DNA of 64,000 nucleotides from an uncultured bacterium (GTDB lineage Bacteria; Verrucomicrobiota; Verrucomicrobiia; Limisphaerales; UBA8199): NCBI GenBank assembly GCA_963749495.1, contig CAVVMW010000008.1, positions 288,001 to 352,000 of the forward strand, read 5' to 3'. Shown piece by piece: positions 29,555 to 40,092 of this stretch (position 1 is its first letter; each line of letters starts with the position of its first letter). The notes under the pieces were generated by a model. It saw only the letters and a program-made list of their open reading frames with translations, ran no database searches and was not told where the DNA came from. The position numbers and the translations under genes were made by a program.

Positions 29555-31443
29555 AGCGACAACAGGTAAGCAACCAGGCCGTTGATCTGATCCGCAGTGA
29601 GGTGTGAAGTGTGGCCGTGCCGGTCATGGTTGTTGGCCTGGGTCAATACGTCGCGAAGGGTCGCGGCCGAGCCGTCGTGAAGATAGGGCGCGGTCCGCCA
29701 GATCTCGACCAGTGTCGGCGTATCAAAAGTGCCGGTGTCGAAGTCGGTGCGGGCGCGGGTGCCGACGTTGTAGGAGTGCAGGTCGGTAAATAACGGTCCA
29801 GGATGGCACCGGGCACAGCCCACCGTTTTGTTATGAAAGAGCTTCTGGCCGCGTCGCGCCGCCGCCGAGAGCTTGCCGTTCACCAGGTAAGGGCTGGCCA
29901 CGGGCTGGAGAGACTTGAGGTAAGCGCCGATAGCGTCCGCGACCTCCGGTCGCTGGACCGTGAACAGGATGTGCCGGAGGCCGGCGCCCACAGCGGCTTC
30001 GGCGCTTTCCCGCACACCGGTGCTCATGGCCGGGGGGGTCCGGAACACCAGCAGGAGGCTCTTGCTGTTCTTTGGATTGCCCAGGCCGTCGTTGAGCAGA
30101 TCCCAGTTCAAGCCGTCGGTGCGCGCATCGCCAGGATGGCAGCTTGCGCAGCTTTGCCAGCCCTGGAAACAAAGGCGCGCGTCGTTGAAGTCGAGTTCCC
30201 CCTGGCGCGCGGCCGTCATCAGTGGCTTGGGTCCAAGCGGGATTGTCTCCGCCTTTGGCTCCGTGCCGTCCAGTTCGAGCGCGGTGAGCGTATCGGAGAA
30301 ATAATTCGCGGTGTACACCACGCGGCCCACCACCACGACGCCGCGCGGGCCGAGATCGCCTTCCGGCAACGGCCGCCGCTGGCACAGACCGACCAGGACC
30401 GAGAAGTCGTTCGCCACCTCGTCTTCGGCCGCCGCAGCGGTTAGTGGCGAGGCGCCGCCGGTTGAGGCCGAGGATTCGGGCTCGATGCGGCCCAACTTCT
30501 CAAGCAGCGCCGGAAAATCCGTCACGCTGACTTCGTGGGTGCCCGCCAGAGCGACCACCAGGCTCTTGCCATCTGCGCTCCAGGCGGCGCCCCAGGGATT
30601 GGCGGCGCCACGGTCCACCGTGTCGAGCAATACCGTATTGAGCACCCGCGGGGGATCGAGGGCGATGATCGTCTTGGCGTTGGTATTCATCCAGCCGCGC
30701 TCAAGCTGCGTCGTCGGCAGGTGGAACCGTCCCAGGACGTGCGTCACCACGGCGTATTTGCCGTCGGGTGAGATGCGCAGATCGTTCAACGACCCGCTTC
30801 CCTCGGGGAGCCACAGCTCCTCCACAACCTTGCCCAACGCGGTCTCAATAACGCTCACCACCGCGGCGACATGCCCGGCGTCCGCCCGGCCGGCGTGGAG
30901 ATGATTGGCGACCAGCACCCGCCTGCCATCGGGCGAAATGGCCGCGGCCACCGGCTCCCGCCGGACCGGAATCCGCCGGATCTCCCTCTTGGCGATGAGA
31001 TCGATTACACTGACGTCGTCGTTGAATCGGTTGCAGACAAAGAGCGTTTTGCCGTCGGGCGAAACGACCGGCGCGCAAGCGGTGTGACCAACCGGCACTG
31101 CGCCGGTCACGCGCGCCTTGGCAATGTCCACGAAGCAGACCTGGCTCGCCGGCCCGGCGCAGGCCACATACAGGATTTCTCCATCGGCGGAAACGGCCAG
31201 TCCGGACGGCTGTTTTGGCACTGGGACGGACTTCACGACACGCCGGCTGGAAAGGTCGAGCACGAGCACGCGGCGGCCGGTGGCGCAAGCCACGAATAGG
31301 GTGGCGCCGTCCGGCGCGGCAACCAGCGCGCAAGGGGAGAGCCACGTTGGGTTCGCCTCAGGGGCGCCGGGCGCTGTGGAACAGAGCGAGAGCTGGAGCC
31401 CCACCGCTGCAGCCAGGGAACGCAATCCGGAAGGAAGACTCAT
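29551..31443 (-). CDS. Secreted YVTN-type beta-propeller fused to a di-heme cytochrome c (CcP/MauG-like) domain
   Basis: Propeller repeats (SPDGKTLFVCNRFNDDVSVID), CASCH, CARCH, FDTPTLVEIWRTAPYLHDGSA. ATGA-coupled to the downstream gene. Confidence 0.85.
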   Translation of the reverse strand: MSLPSGLRSLAAAVGLQLSLCSTAPGAPEANPTWLSPCALVAAPDGATLFVACATGRRVLVLDLSSRRVVKSVPVPKQPSGLAVSADGEILYVACAGPASQVCFVDIAKARVTGAVPVGHTACAPVVSPDGKTLFVCNRFNDDVSVIDLIAKREIRRIPVRREPVAAAISPDGRRVLVANHLHAGRADAGHVAAVVSVIETALGKVVEELWLPEGSGSLNDLRISPDGKYAVVTHVLGRFHLPTTQLERGWMNTNAKTIIALDPPRVLNTVLLDTVDRGAANPWGAAWSADGKSLVVALAGTHEVSVTDFPALLEKLGRIEPESSASTGGASPLTAAAAEDEVANDFSVLVGLCQRRPLPEGDLGPRGVVVVGRVVYTANYFSDTLTALELDGTEPKAETIPLGPKPLMTAARQGELDFNDARLCFQGWQSCASCHPGDARTDGLNWDLLNDGLGNPKNSKSLLLVFRTPPAMSTGVRESAEAAVGAGLRHILFTVQRPEVADAIGAYLKSLQPVASPYLVNGKLSAAARRGQKLFHNKTVGCARCHPGPLFTDLHSYNVGTRARTDFDTGTFDTPTLVEIWRTAPYLHDGSAATLRDVLTQANNHDRHGHTSHLTADQINGLVAYLLSL

Positions 31444-31719
31444 CTTGCAATCCGAGGATCGGACTTTTTGACGCCGCGCCCGGCTATGGATGCCGCGCCC
31501 GCGAGGGAGGATAGGTTCCTGCTCTTACTCACCATGGCCCAAGCATACCCACGTCCGGGGACTTCCGCAAGCGCCACGGAACCTGGATTCACTCGAACAG
31601 CACCATGTCCGGGCAGGAGGATGCGACAAAACAAGCGTTTCATGGCGGCGGCCCTCGGCGAGAGGTTGGTGGCGATCGTGGACGTGGATGACGGCCGCTT
31701 CGGCTAGGCTGGCGAGGCG

Positions 31720-32070
31720 CTGATCATAAATCGCCGGGCGTGTTCCAGGCGGGACTTTGGCCGAGGGATGGCGTGGATGGAACGAGGATTCGTAATCAAT
31801 TCTCTGCAATGTATCGAGTCCTTCTTCCGACAAATACTCCTTCCAATAAGTGATTCTCAGGGCAGCCTTTTGGATTTCGTCGAGGACGCTGTAGAGGAAA
31901 TGCTGCTTTGACTCACGGTTGAGGTTCGGTGCCAGGTGCCTGAAGTTTAACTCATCAAGCTCATGGGCGAATCGTTAAGATTTTTAAGCTCGCGGGGCGA
32001 TGCGGTTGCGCGCTCATGCGACTGGCGGATGAACTCGGATGCGGACGATTTCGGGATAATTCTTTCGCCG
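31720..32070 (-). pseudogene. AT-richer gene remnant of unknown family
   Basis: Protein-like reading (NRESKQHFLYSVLDEIQKAALRITYWKEYLSEEGLDTLQRIDYE) with no intact ORF. Confidence 0.3.
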
Positions 32071-32159
32071 CTTAATGTCCCCTTAAGGTTCCTTCGCATA
32101 GATTGGCGGCAACTGAAGCAACCGTGCAAATTGAGAATATGAAACCGAAGACATACCCT

Positions 32160-33639
32160 ATGAAACACCACCTCACTTTGCTGTTTGTGTCCTTGACCAT
32201 TTTGACCGCCGCGGCTGGCAACTGGCCCTCTTGGCGAGGCCCGGCCATGACGGGCGTTGCCTCGGAACAAGACCTTCCGCAGCGGTGGAGCAAAACCGAG
32301 AACGTTCGCTGGCGCATAGAGTTGCCCGGTCCCGGGAATTCGTCACCGATAGTTTGGGGCAACCGTGTGTTTGTGAGCCAGGCCGTGCAGAAGGAGAACC
32401 GGCGGACCCTCATGTGCTTTGACCGCGCGACCGGCAAGCGCCTCTGGCAGTCCGGTGTCACCTACGCCGACCCCGAGCCGACATCGGAGAACAATCCCTA
32501 CTGTTCCGGTTCACCGGCGACCGACGGCGAACGGGTGTACGTGTGCTTCGGATCGGCGGGCGTCTATGCCTACGACTTCGATGGCAAAGAGACCTGGCAG
32601 CGGAACCTCGGCAAGCTGAACAACGGGTTCGGGAGCGCCGTGTCGCCCATCATCGCAGGCGACCTCTGTATCCTTAGCTTCGGTCCGGACGCCAAAGCGC
32701 GCCTGATCGCTTTGAACAAGAAGACTGGCGAAACCGCGTGGGAGGTCGAGCCGCCAAAGCCAGACGAGATCGAGCTTCAGGCCAGCGGTCCGGGGGGACC
32801 GGGCGGACCCGGTGGTGGACCTGGCGGTCCGGGACGTGGTCCGGGCGATTGCGGAGGTTTCGGGCCGGGTGGTCCTGAGGGACCCGCCGATGGGCGCGGT
32901 CCCGGCGGTGGCGGTCCTGGCGGTCCTGGCGGCGGTGGTCCTGGTGGTGGTGGTCCTGGCGGTCCCGGTGGCCGAGGTCCTGGTGGTCCTGGCGGCGTTG
33001 ACCCGGCAAGGGGCTCGATCCTGGAGCACGCCTATCGTTATCAACGCGGGGGGCCGCGAGGAAGTGGTGCTCAGCACGGCGTGCCGCCTCACCGCCTACG
33101 ATCCGGCCAGTGGCAAACAGCTCTGGATGAGCAAGGGCCTCGGTGCCAGCATTTACACCTCGCCTGTATGGGGCGAAGGGGTGGTCTTCGCGATGGCCGG
33201 CGGCCCGGGTGGGGGACCAGCCATCGCGGTGAAGCCCGGCGGGAGCGGGGACGTGACCGAGAGCCACCGCGTCTGGAGACTCGCACGCAACAAGAGCGCA
33301 ATCGGCTCCGGAGTCATTCACGACGGCCACCTGTACAACATCAGCCAGGAGGGCATCGCCCAGTGCCTGGACCTGAAGACCGGCAAAACGATCTGGGAAG
33401 AACGGCTCCGAGGCTCGGGGGCGCGAGGCAGTTCGTGGTCATCGATGCTCCTGGCAGACGGGAAAATCTATGTGCCGAACCAATCCGGCGACGTCTTCGT
33501 CCTGCGCGCGGCGCCGAAGTTCGAGGTGATCGCGACCAATTCTGTCGGCGAGCCGACTAATGCCTCGCTCGCCGCGTCGAACGGGGAGCTCTTCCTGCGC
33601 ACCGACCGAAGCCTCTGGTGCTTCGGGAACCAGAACTAA
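32160..33639 (+). CDS. PQQ-like (BamB-type) beta-propeller protein with a Gly/Pro-rich insertion; frameshift near 33000
   Basis: NWPSWRGP, GNSSPIVWG, SPATDGERV, SWSTP, ELFLRT. Confidence 0.85.
32783..32995 (+). repeat. Low-complexity (GGPGG)n coding repeat
   Basis: ggtcctggcggt-type units. Confidence 0.85.
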
Positions 33640-34182
33640 TTCGCTTGATCTGGTGAACGCACCCGATTTCCAAATATTAACTGGCGTGGCGATCCCAACG
33701 AGCCACGCTTTGGCCGGCAACATCGCCGTAGGAATGAGATCTGACGAAAATCCGACAGCGGTTCCGGTGCAGAAGCTGGATGGGGATGTTGCCGCCTCGC
33801 GTCAACAGGGATGTCGCTCACGGCGTTCGCAATCGCGGACGCCCAAAGAACTTCCGCTGTGCGCCACATCGGCAACGGCCACTCTCCGTCCCTGGCCAGG
33901 TCGCCCGCTGCCGGACGAAATGCGGCCTCGGAAGGTGGGCCGCTTGGCCGAAGCGTTTGCCGAAGGCGTGCGGGACGCTGAGTTTGAACGCCTGGTTCAC
34001 CGCATTGACCGGCGCCTTAGGCCTTAGGCCTTGCCTATAGGCGCAGATTCTTCTTGACTGGCGGCGATGTTATGTAGTAAACCCTGGGCAGTCTCCGAAC
34101 GGTTCTGCTTGCACTCCGCGTTCTGTGAACGCGCGCAGACCTGCGGAGGCTCGAGGAAGCGTCGGGTATGGCAATGCCTTGA

Positions 34183-36252
34183 GTGCGGGCCAGGCCGGGC
34201 AGAATCGTCTCTTGGCACGGGAGCGCATTAAGGCGCCGGCTGGCCCAAGGCAGTTGTTCGTGGCTGCAAATCCTAAACTGCAACGGTCAATTGCGCGCTA
34301 CACGCCTCAGTTTTCTGGTCGTTTGGCTGGTTTCCGCAGCGCTGCCGGGCGCCGCACAGGTCCCGGGGATCATCAATTACCAGGGCAAGTTCCTGGTCAG
34401 CGGCACCAATTACAGCGGAACCTGCCAGTTCAAATTCGCCCTCGTCAACGGGGCAGGCGACACAACCTACTGGAGCCACAACGGCACCAGTGTCGGCGGC
34501 GGCGAACCGAGCGGGAGCGCCATTGCCCTGGGGGTCAGCGGCGGCCTCTTTTCGGTAAACCTTGGCGACTCGGCGGTGCCGAACATGACCTCGCCGATTC
34601 CCCTGAGCATTTTCGCCAATAGCCAGGTGTGGCTCCGGGTCTGGGTGTACGACCCGGTCAAAGGAAGCCAAAAGCTCAGCCCGGACCAGCGCCTCACGGC
34701 GGTGGGATATGCGATGGTTGCAGGGACTGCGCTCGGGCCCGTGGCTGACAGCCAGCTCTCGGCCAATGTCGCGCGCCTCAACGCCACCCAGACCTTCAGC
34801 GGCGCCAACACCTTCTCCAATGTCTCGGTTCGAGGGGCTTTATCGGTGTTTGGAGGGCCAGCGAGACTCGACCTTGTTGATGGAGCACAAACTTGGCGAG
34901 TTCAAGATGACGCAGGCGACTTCTATGTAAGTGACTTAACAAGGGGAAAACACATGATCCACGCTGCTCCGGGGGGCACTGAGGTGGATTTCCCGAATGG
35001 GGTGATTGCCGGCAACGGGGCGGGGCTGACCAATCTCAACGCGGCGAATATCGCGGGCACGTTGCCTGGCGGGCTGATCGAGGCCTCGCTGCCCTCGGGG
35101 ATGATGGTCGCTTCGATGTCCAGCCAGGACCCGGTTCTGCTGTCCAAGGGCTATCAGCGCGCCATGAGCGTGGCGGCGCCGCCCTGGGTGGACGGGTCGG
35201 CCACGGATGCCCCCTCGGCCCGGACGGGGCACAGTGCTGTTTGGGATGGCCAGGAGTTGATCGTCTGGGGGGGCAATGTGTCCGCCGGCTACGTCGTTGT
35301 GAATACCGGCGCGATGTACCGTCCGGACCTCGACACCTGGACAGCGATGTCGCTCTTTGGGGCGCCCTCGCCGCGCAGCGGGCACACGGCCGTGTGGAGC
35401 GGGGTGGAGATGCTCGTGTGGGGCGGCAACGGCACCAACGCCTTTCTCAATACGGGCGCCCGCTTCCAACCGGCAACGCAGGTATGGACCGTCATTGCCA
35501 CAAACTCAGCCCCGGCGGTCCGAAGCGGGCACTTGGCCGCCTGGACCGGCAGTCGAATGGTCATCTGGGGTGGCCGCAACAACAATGGGTTGCTGGGTGA
35601 CGGGGCGGTCTATGACCCGGCGGCGGGCGCATGGAGCGCGCTCAACCTGGCAAACGCGCCTGAGGCGCGCTCCGGGGCCGGGGGGGTGTGGGCCGGGGAC
35701 CGGTTGCTGGTGTGGGGTGGCGAGGGGACCAATGGTGTGTTGGGCAGCGGGTCGCAGTTGCTGTGTGCGGCCAACGGCACGCCGCTCCAATGGACACCAA
35801 TGAGCCAGAGCGGCGCGCCCGCCGCGCGGCGCTTGCACTCGGCAGTGTGGACGGGCCGGCAGTTGCTGGTCTGGGGTGGTCAGAGTGGCGGGACGGTGCT
35901 CGGGGATGGCGCCGCCTACGATCCGGCGGCGGACTCCTGGCAGATGCTCTCCGCAACCAACGCCCCGGCTGCCCGATACAATCACGCCGCCATTTGGACC
36001 GGCCAGGAAATGCTCATCCTGGGCGGGAGCGCGGGCTCGAGTGAACTGGCGTCGGGCGCGGCTTACGATCCTGTGGGGCGCCAGTGGCGGTCCTTGTCCA
36101 ACGCAGGAAATCCCCAGGCCCGCAGCGGCGCCACCGCCGTGTGGAGCGGCACAGAGGCCCTGTTCTTCGGGGGGCAGGCAGCGGCGACCCCGCTGGCCTG
36201 GCTCCAGCGCCTCGATCCGCAACCAGCCTGGTACCTTTACCGCAAACCATGA
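34183..36252 (+). CDS. Secreted protein with a fibre-type N-terminal domain, a short shaft and a C-terminal Kelch propeller
   Basis: QVPGIINYQGK...GGLFSVNLGD...LSPDQRLTAVGYA; GNGAGLTNLNA; about six PSARxGHSAVWxGxxLIVWGG repeats. Start uncertain. Confidence 0.8.
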   Translation: MRARPGRIVSWHGSALRRRLAQGSCSWLQILNCNGQLRATRLSFLVVWLVSAALPGAAQVPGIINYQGKFLVSGTNYSGTCQFKFALVNGAGDTTYWSHNGTSVGGGEPSGSAIALGVSGGLFSVNLGDSAVPNMTSPIPLSIFANSQVWLRVWVYDPVKGSQKLSPDQRLTAVGYAMVAGTALGPVADSQLSANVARLNATQTFSGANTFSNVSVRGALSVFGGPARLDLVDGAQTWRVQDDAGDFYVSDLTRGKHMIHAAPGGTEVDFPNGVIAGNGAGLTNLNAANIAGTLPGGLIEASLPSGMMVASMSSQDPVLLSKGYQRAMSVAAPPWVDGSATDAPSARTGHSAVWDGQELIVWGGNVSAGYVVVNTGAMYRPDLDTWTAMSLFGAPSPRSGHTAVWSGVEMLVWGGNGTNAFLNTGARFQPATQVWTVIATNSAPAVRSGHLAAWTGSRMVIWGGRNNNGLLGDGAVYDPAAGAWSALNLANAPEARSGAGGVWAGDRLLVWGGEGTNGVLGSGSQLLCAANGTPLQWTPMSQSGAPAARRLHSAVWTGRQLLVWGGQSGGTVLGDGAAYDPAADSWQMLSATNAPAARYNHAAIWTGQEMLILGGSAGSSELASGAAYDPVGRQWRSLSNAGNPQARSGATAVWSGTEALFFGGQAAATPLAWLQRLDPQPAWYLYRKP

Positions 36253-38216
36253 AAACCAGAATGTCAGATTGCCTGTGGGCGCATCTCGGCAATACCACCG
36301 TGGGGCAGACCTCCGGTCTGCCGGTTAACGCCTCCTCTGGAGGCGTGTCTATTTTGGCAGGCGGCGCGCCAGGCCACTCCGGACCCACGGGGCCAGAGGC
36401 CCCGCTGACCGGCAGACCGGAGGTCTGCCCCACAGGGTCCGCCGGCGGGCGGACGGCGCTCCTCCTGGCGGCGGTGCTGGCCCTGTCGCTGCCCGCAGCG
36501 GCGCAGTGGCAAACCCAGACCAACATTCTCAAGCCCGGCTGGACGGCAGTCTATCTGCACGTGGACGGTTCCTACACGAACCTGGATTACCTGGTGGGCG
36601 GCAACGCATCGAATCCCATCTCCCAGATCTGGCTCTGGCAACCCCCGTCGAGCGTGCAATTCGTCACGGTGCCCCAGGCGCCGGTCGTCGCCAACAGCCA
36701 ATGGGCCTGCTGGGGCCGCGTTGGGGTGGGCCTTCCGAACACCCTGCGCGCCCTGGCGCCCGACGCGGCTTACCTGGTGTATTCGCTGGCCAGCACCAAT
36801 TACTCGTGGAAAGTCAAGGGCCGGCCAGTGGCGCCCAATTACACATGGTCCGCGACCGGCCTCAATTTCCTCGGGTTCCCCACCCCGGCGGCAAACCCGC
36901 CGATGTTTGACAGCTTTGTGTCGTTGGCCCCGGTGCTGCAAAGCAGCGCGGCCGACTTTTATCAGTACCTGGGCGGGGACCTCTCGAGCAACAATCCCGC
37001 CAAGATCTTCAATCTGCACAACACCCCGGTGACCCGAGGCCAGGCCCTGTGGATGCGCAGCGGGACGGCGGTCAACAACTATTTCGGCCCGTTCTCGCTG
37101 GACTTGCAGGGCGCGGCGGTGGACTTTGCCGATTCGCTCGGCCAATACAGCGTGCGTCTGCGCAACGTCACCGCAACCAATGTGACGGTGAGCGTACGGT
37201 TGCTGGCCTCTGAGACGCCGCCCGCAGGCCAGACCAATATCCTGGGCCCTCCGCCCTTGCTGCTGCGCGGCGCCATGAACATGACCAACCTCACTTACAG
37301 CTATGCCAGCCTGGGCGTGGGCGCCACGCAAAGCTGGGTGCTGCCGCCGACGGGACAGCCCGGCTCCGACCTCCAGGTCGTCTTGGGCCTGAACCGCTAC
37401 GCCATGCCGGGCGCGCCGGGCGCGCTTTACGCGGGCATCCTGCAATTCAGTGATTCCTTTGGGTTTTCCGAACTGGACGTGGCGGTCTCGGCGCGCACTG
37501 CCTCGACCGCGGGGCTCTGGGTGGGCGAGGCCCAAGTCTCCCAGGTGGCCAATTACCTCAAGATTTACCAGCGCGACCAGAACAACCAACCGGTGGTTTC
37601 GTCCAACGGCGCTTACGTCGTCAGCGGGATCAACACCAATTTGGGCGCGGTGGCCCGCCCCTACCCGCTCCTGCTGATCGTCCATTACGACGGCACCAAT
37701 GCCTTCTTGCTCCAGCGGGTCTATTACGGGCTGGACGCTTACAGCAACGTGGTGGTGGCGGCCAACGAAGGGGCGCTGGCGCCGCAGCACCTGGACACCG
37801 CCCGGCGCATCAGCGCCGCGCACCTGCCCTACTTCGTCCCCAACACACCTTGGCCTTTGCAGGGGCGGTTCGCACAGGGCACCAATCTGACTGCCACCAT
37901 CGGCCTGGCTTACAATGACCAGGCCTCCAATCCCTTCCTGCACACCTATCACCCGGACCATGACAACCTGGACGCGCTGTTTGCCACCGAGTTGCCCCGA
38001 GGCTCGGAGTCCTACGGCATTGCGCGCCAGATTAGCCTCTACTTCAGCCCGCCCGGCGACGATTTCACCAGCATCACCAGCGCCGGGCTGGTGTCCGGCT
38101 CCTACCTGGAGAGCATCGCCGTGCTGGGCCTGGGCGCCGCCCAGCGTACCTTCAATGTCAGCGGCGCCTTCGCCCTGAACCGTCTCACCGACATCTCTAC
38201 ATTGACCCGCCCATGA
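36249..38216 (+). CDS. Secreted hypothetical protein
   Basis: ATGA overlap with the upstream gene; signal LLLAAVLALSLPAAA-QW; motifs LKPGWTAVYLHVD, GLWVGEAQV, NPFLHTYHPDHDNLD. Confidence 0.8.
   Translation: MKTRMSDCLWAHLGNTTVGQTSGLPVNASSGGVSILAGGAPGHSGPTGPEAPLTGRPEVCPTGSAGGRTALLLAAVLALSLPAAAQWQTQTNILKPGWTAVYLHVDGSYTNLDYLVGGNASNPISQIWLWQPPSSVQFVTVPQAPVVANSQWACWGRVGVGLPNTLRALAPDAAYLVYSLASTNYSWKVKGRPVAPNYTWSATGLNFLGFPTPAANPPMFDSFVSLAPVLQSSAADFYQYLGGDLSSNNPAKIFNLHNTPVTRGQALWMRSGTAVNNYFGPFSLDLQGAAVDFADSLGQYSVRLRNVTATNVTVSVRLLASETPPAGQTNILGPPPLLLRGAMNMTNLTYSYASLGVGATQSWVLPPTGQPGSDLQVVLGLNRYAMPGAPGALYAGILQFSDSFGFSELDVAVSARTASTAGLWVGEAQVSQVANYLKIYQRDQNNQPVVSSNGAYVVSGINTNLGAVARPYPLLLIVHYDGTNAFLLQRVYYGLDAYSNVVVAANEGALAPQHLDTARRISAAHLPYFVPNTPWPLQGRFAQGTNLTATIGLAYNDQASNPFLHTYHPDHDNLDALFATELPRGSESYGIARQISLYFSPPGDDFTSITSAGLVSGSYLESIAVLGLGAAQRTFNVSGAFALNRLTDISTLTRP
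36300..36433. repeat. REP-like element with perfect 26-bp IRs lying in frame in the 5' end of the CDS
   Basis: gtggggcagacctccggtctgccggt ... accggcagaccggaggtctgccccac. Confidence 0.9.
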
Positions 38217-38285
38217 GCGCCTCAAGCGCAGCCGCGATTTAATCAATTGCCACTTCAACACTCATATAGAAACCAGGAACCGAAC

Positions 38286-40001
38286 ATGAAAACCGCCAAC
38301 TATTCGACCGTGCGCCGCCTCGTTCTCACACTCCTGTTGGTGTGGGGCGCCAGCCCGTTTGCCGCGCGCGCACAGACCTTCACGCCGCCCGGCCAGATCA
38401 GTTTCCAGGGCTTCGTGACCGACGCCAACGGCTTCCCGCTGGCAACCAACCAGCCCAAGAACTACGACGTGATCTTCAAGATCTGGCCCGCGTCTTCCGG
38501 CGGCACGACGGCCCTGTGGGGCGAGGTGCAAACCGTGGTGGTGGACCGCGGCTACTTCAGCGTCATGCTGGGGCAGGGCGCGGCCCTGGCCTCCGGCGAG
38601 ACGTGGACCAATAACCTGGCCAGCCTTTTTGTGGGGCCGAATGCCTCCGACCGCTACGTCGGCATAACCGTCAAAGGAATCTCGACCCCGGATGCCGAGA
38701 TCCAGCCCCGGCTGCGGCTGCTGGCCTCCCCGTATGCCTTCCTGGCCGCCAGCGCCAACGCCGTGGTCAACAACGCCGGCCTGACCTTGATCTCCGGCGC
38801 GTCCGGCAGCCCCGTTTTCAACATGACCAACGCGACATTCAACGGAGCGCCCGCGTTCAACAACGGCTTTAGCGTGGCCAACGGCGCCATCGTGTCGGGC
38901 AATCCGAATTACACCGGCAGTCCGACCTTCAGCGGCAGTCCGACCTTCAGCAGCAATCCGACCTTCAGCGGCAATCCGTGGTTCACCGGCAGCATGTATG
39001 GCAATCCGAACGTTTACGGCATTCCGACATTCAAGAACGGCTTTGTGGTTGCCAACGGCGCTGTTGTGAGCGGCAGTATGATCTTTGGCGGCAGTCCGAT
39101 CTTCGCCAACTACCCGGTCTTCAACGGCATGGCCACCTTCGCCAGCGGCATCTCGCTGACCGCAGGCAGCCTCTGGCTCAATGACCATCCCATCTACCTC
39201 CGGGGGGACGGCAACCACGGGTTGGAGTATGGTTGGAATGACTGGTGGAACACCGACGGCGCGGTGCTCTTCGGCTACAGCGGGGGCGCCCTGGGCGCCA
39301 ACCAATACGGCACCCGCTCGCTCGCCTTGGCCTGGGACGCCAACAGCGTCGTGGCCACCGACCCGCTCGGGCTCAACAACGGCACCGTGACCCCCGGGTT
39401 GGTTTTTGGCGGGACGGGCAGCGGCGAGGGCATTTCCTCCAAGCGCACCACCGGCGGCAATCTCTACGGCTTGGACTTTTACACCGATTTTGGCCCGAAG
39501 ATGAGCATTGCGTGGGGCGGCAACGTGGGCATCGGGACCACCGCCCCGGGCGCCAAGCTCCATGTCATCGGCAACATCTATGCCACGTCAACCATCACGC
39601 CCAACTCGGACCGGAACGCCAAGACCGATTTTGCCCCCGTGGATAGCGGCGCCATTCTCGAGGAGGTCAGCAAACTGCCCATCGAGCAATGGCGCTTCAG
39701 GGTGGAAGAGCCCGGGATCAAGCACCTGGGCCCGATGGCCCAGGATTTCCGGGCCGCTTTTGGGCTGGGAGACATCCCGACCGCCATTGCGACCGTGGAT
39801 GCCGACGGCGTGGCGCTAGCGGCCATCCAGGGCTTGAACCAGAAGGTGGAAGACCGCTCGGCGCGCCTGGAACAGCAACTGCGCGCCAGGGAGGCCGAGA
39901 TTCTGGCCTTGCGCGCGGCCAACGACGCCCTCGAAAAACGGCTCCAGGCGCTGGAAAAGGCCATCAAGACTCCCACGACCCAAACCGGAACCGGTCGATG
40001 A
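38286..40001 (+). CDS. Secreted tail-fibre-like protein with a C-terminal peptidase S74 intramolecular chaperone and coiled coil
   Basis: Signal peptide; PGQISFQG...GYFSVMLG...PRLRLLASPYA; hexad repeats FSGSPT; GNVGIGTTAPGAKLHVIG; SDRNAK...HLGPMAQDF. Confidence 0.88.
   Translation: MKTANYSTVRRLVLTLLLVWGASPFAARAQTFTPPGQISFQGFVTDANGFPLATNQPKNYDVIFKIWPASSGGTTALWGEVQTVVVDRGYFSVMLGQGAALASGETWTNNLASLFVGPNASDRYVGITVKGISTPDAEIQPRLRLLASPYAFLAASANAVVNNAGLTLISGASGSPVFNMTNATFNGAPAFNNGFSVANGAIVSGNPNYTGSPTFSGSPTFSSNPTFSGNPWFTGSMYGNPNVYGIPTFKNGFVVANGAVVSGSMIFGGSPIFANYPVFNGMATFASGISLTAGSLWLNDHPIYLRGDGNHGLEYGWNDWWNTDGAVLFGYSGGALGANQYGTRSLALAWDANSVVATDPLGLNNGTVTPGLVFGGTGSGEGISSKRTTGGNLYGLDFYTDFGPKMSIAWGGNVGIGTTAPGAKLHVIGNIYATSTITPNSDRNAKTDFAPVDSGAILEEVSKLPIEQWRFRVEEPGIKHLGPMAQDFRAAFGLGDIPTAIATVDADGVALAAIQGLNQKVEDRSARLEQQLRAREAEILALRAANDALEKRLQALEKAIKTPTTQTGTGR
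38898..38990 (+). repeat. 18-bp coding tandem repeat (GSPTFS-type hexapeptides)
   Basis: ggcagtccgaccttcagc and variants, about five units. Confidence 0.85.
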
Positions 40002-40092
40002 CAAGGCGGCTGGGCCGGCCGCCCGGGGCGGCGCCAGACGCCGCCCGGTCCCTTGCCCGTTCTAACTTGGCCCCAGGTTGCGATGAATTTTT

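Noticed and set aside
26650..31443. Evidence that the organism performs anammox
   Set aside because: Only domain architecture is shared. The extra discoidin domain and glycan-degradation context argue for a paralogue.
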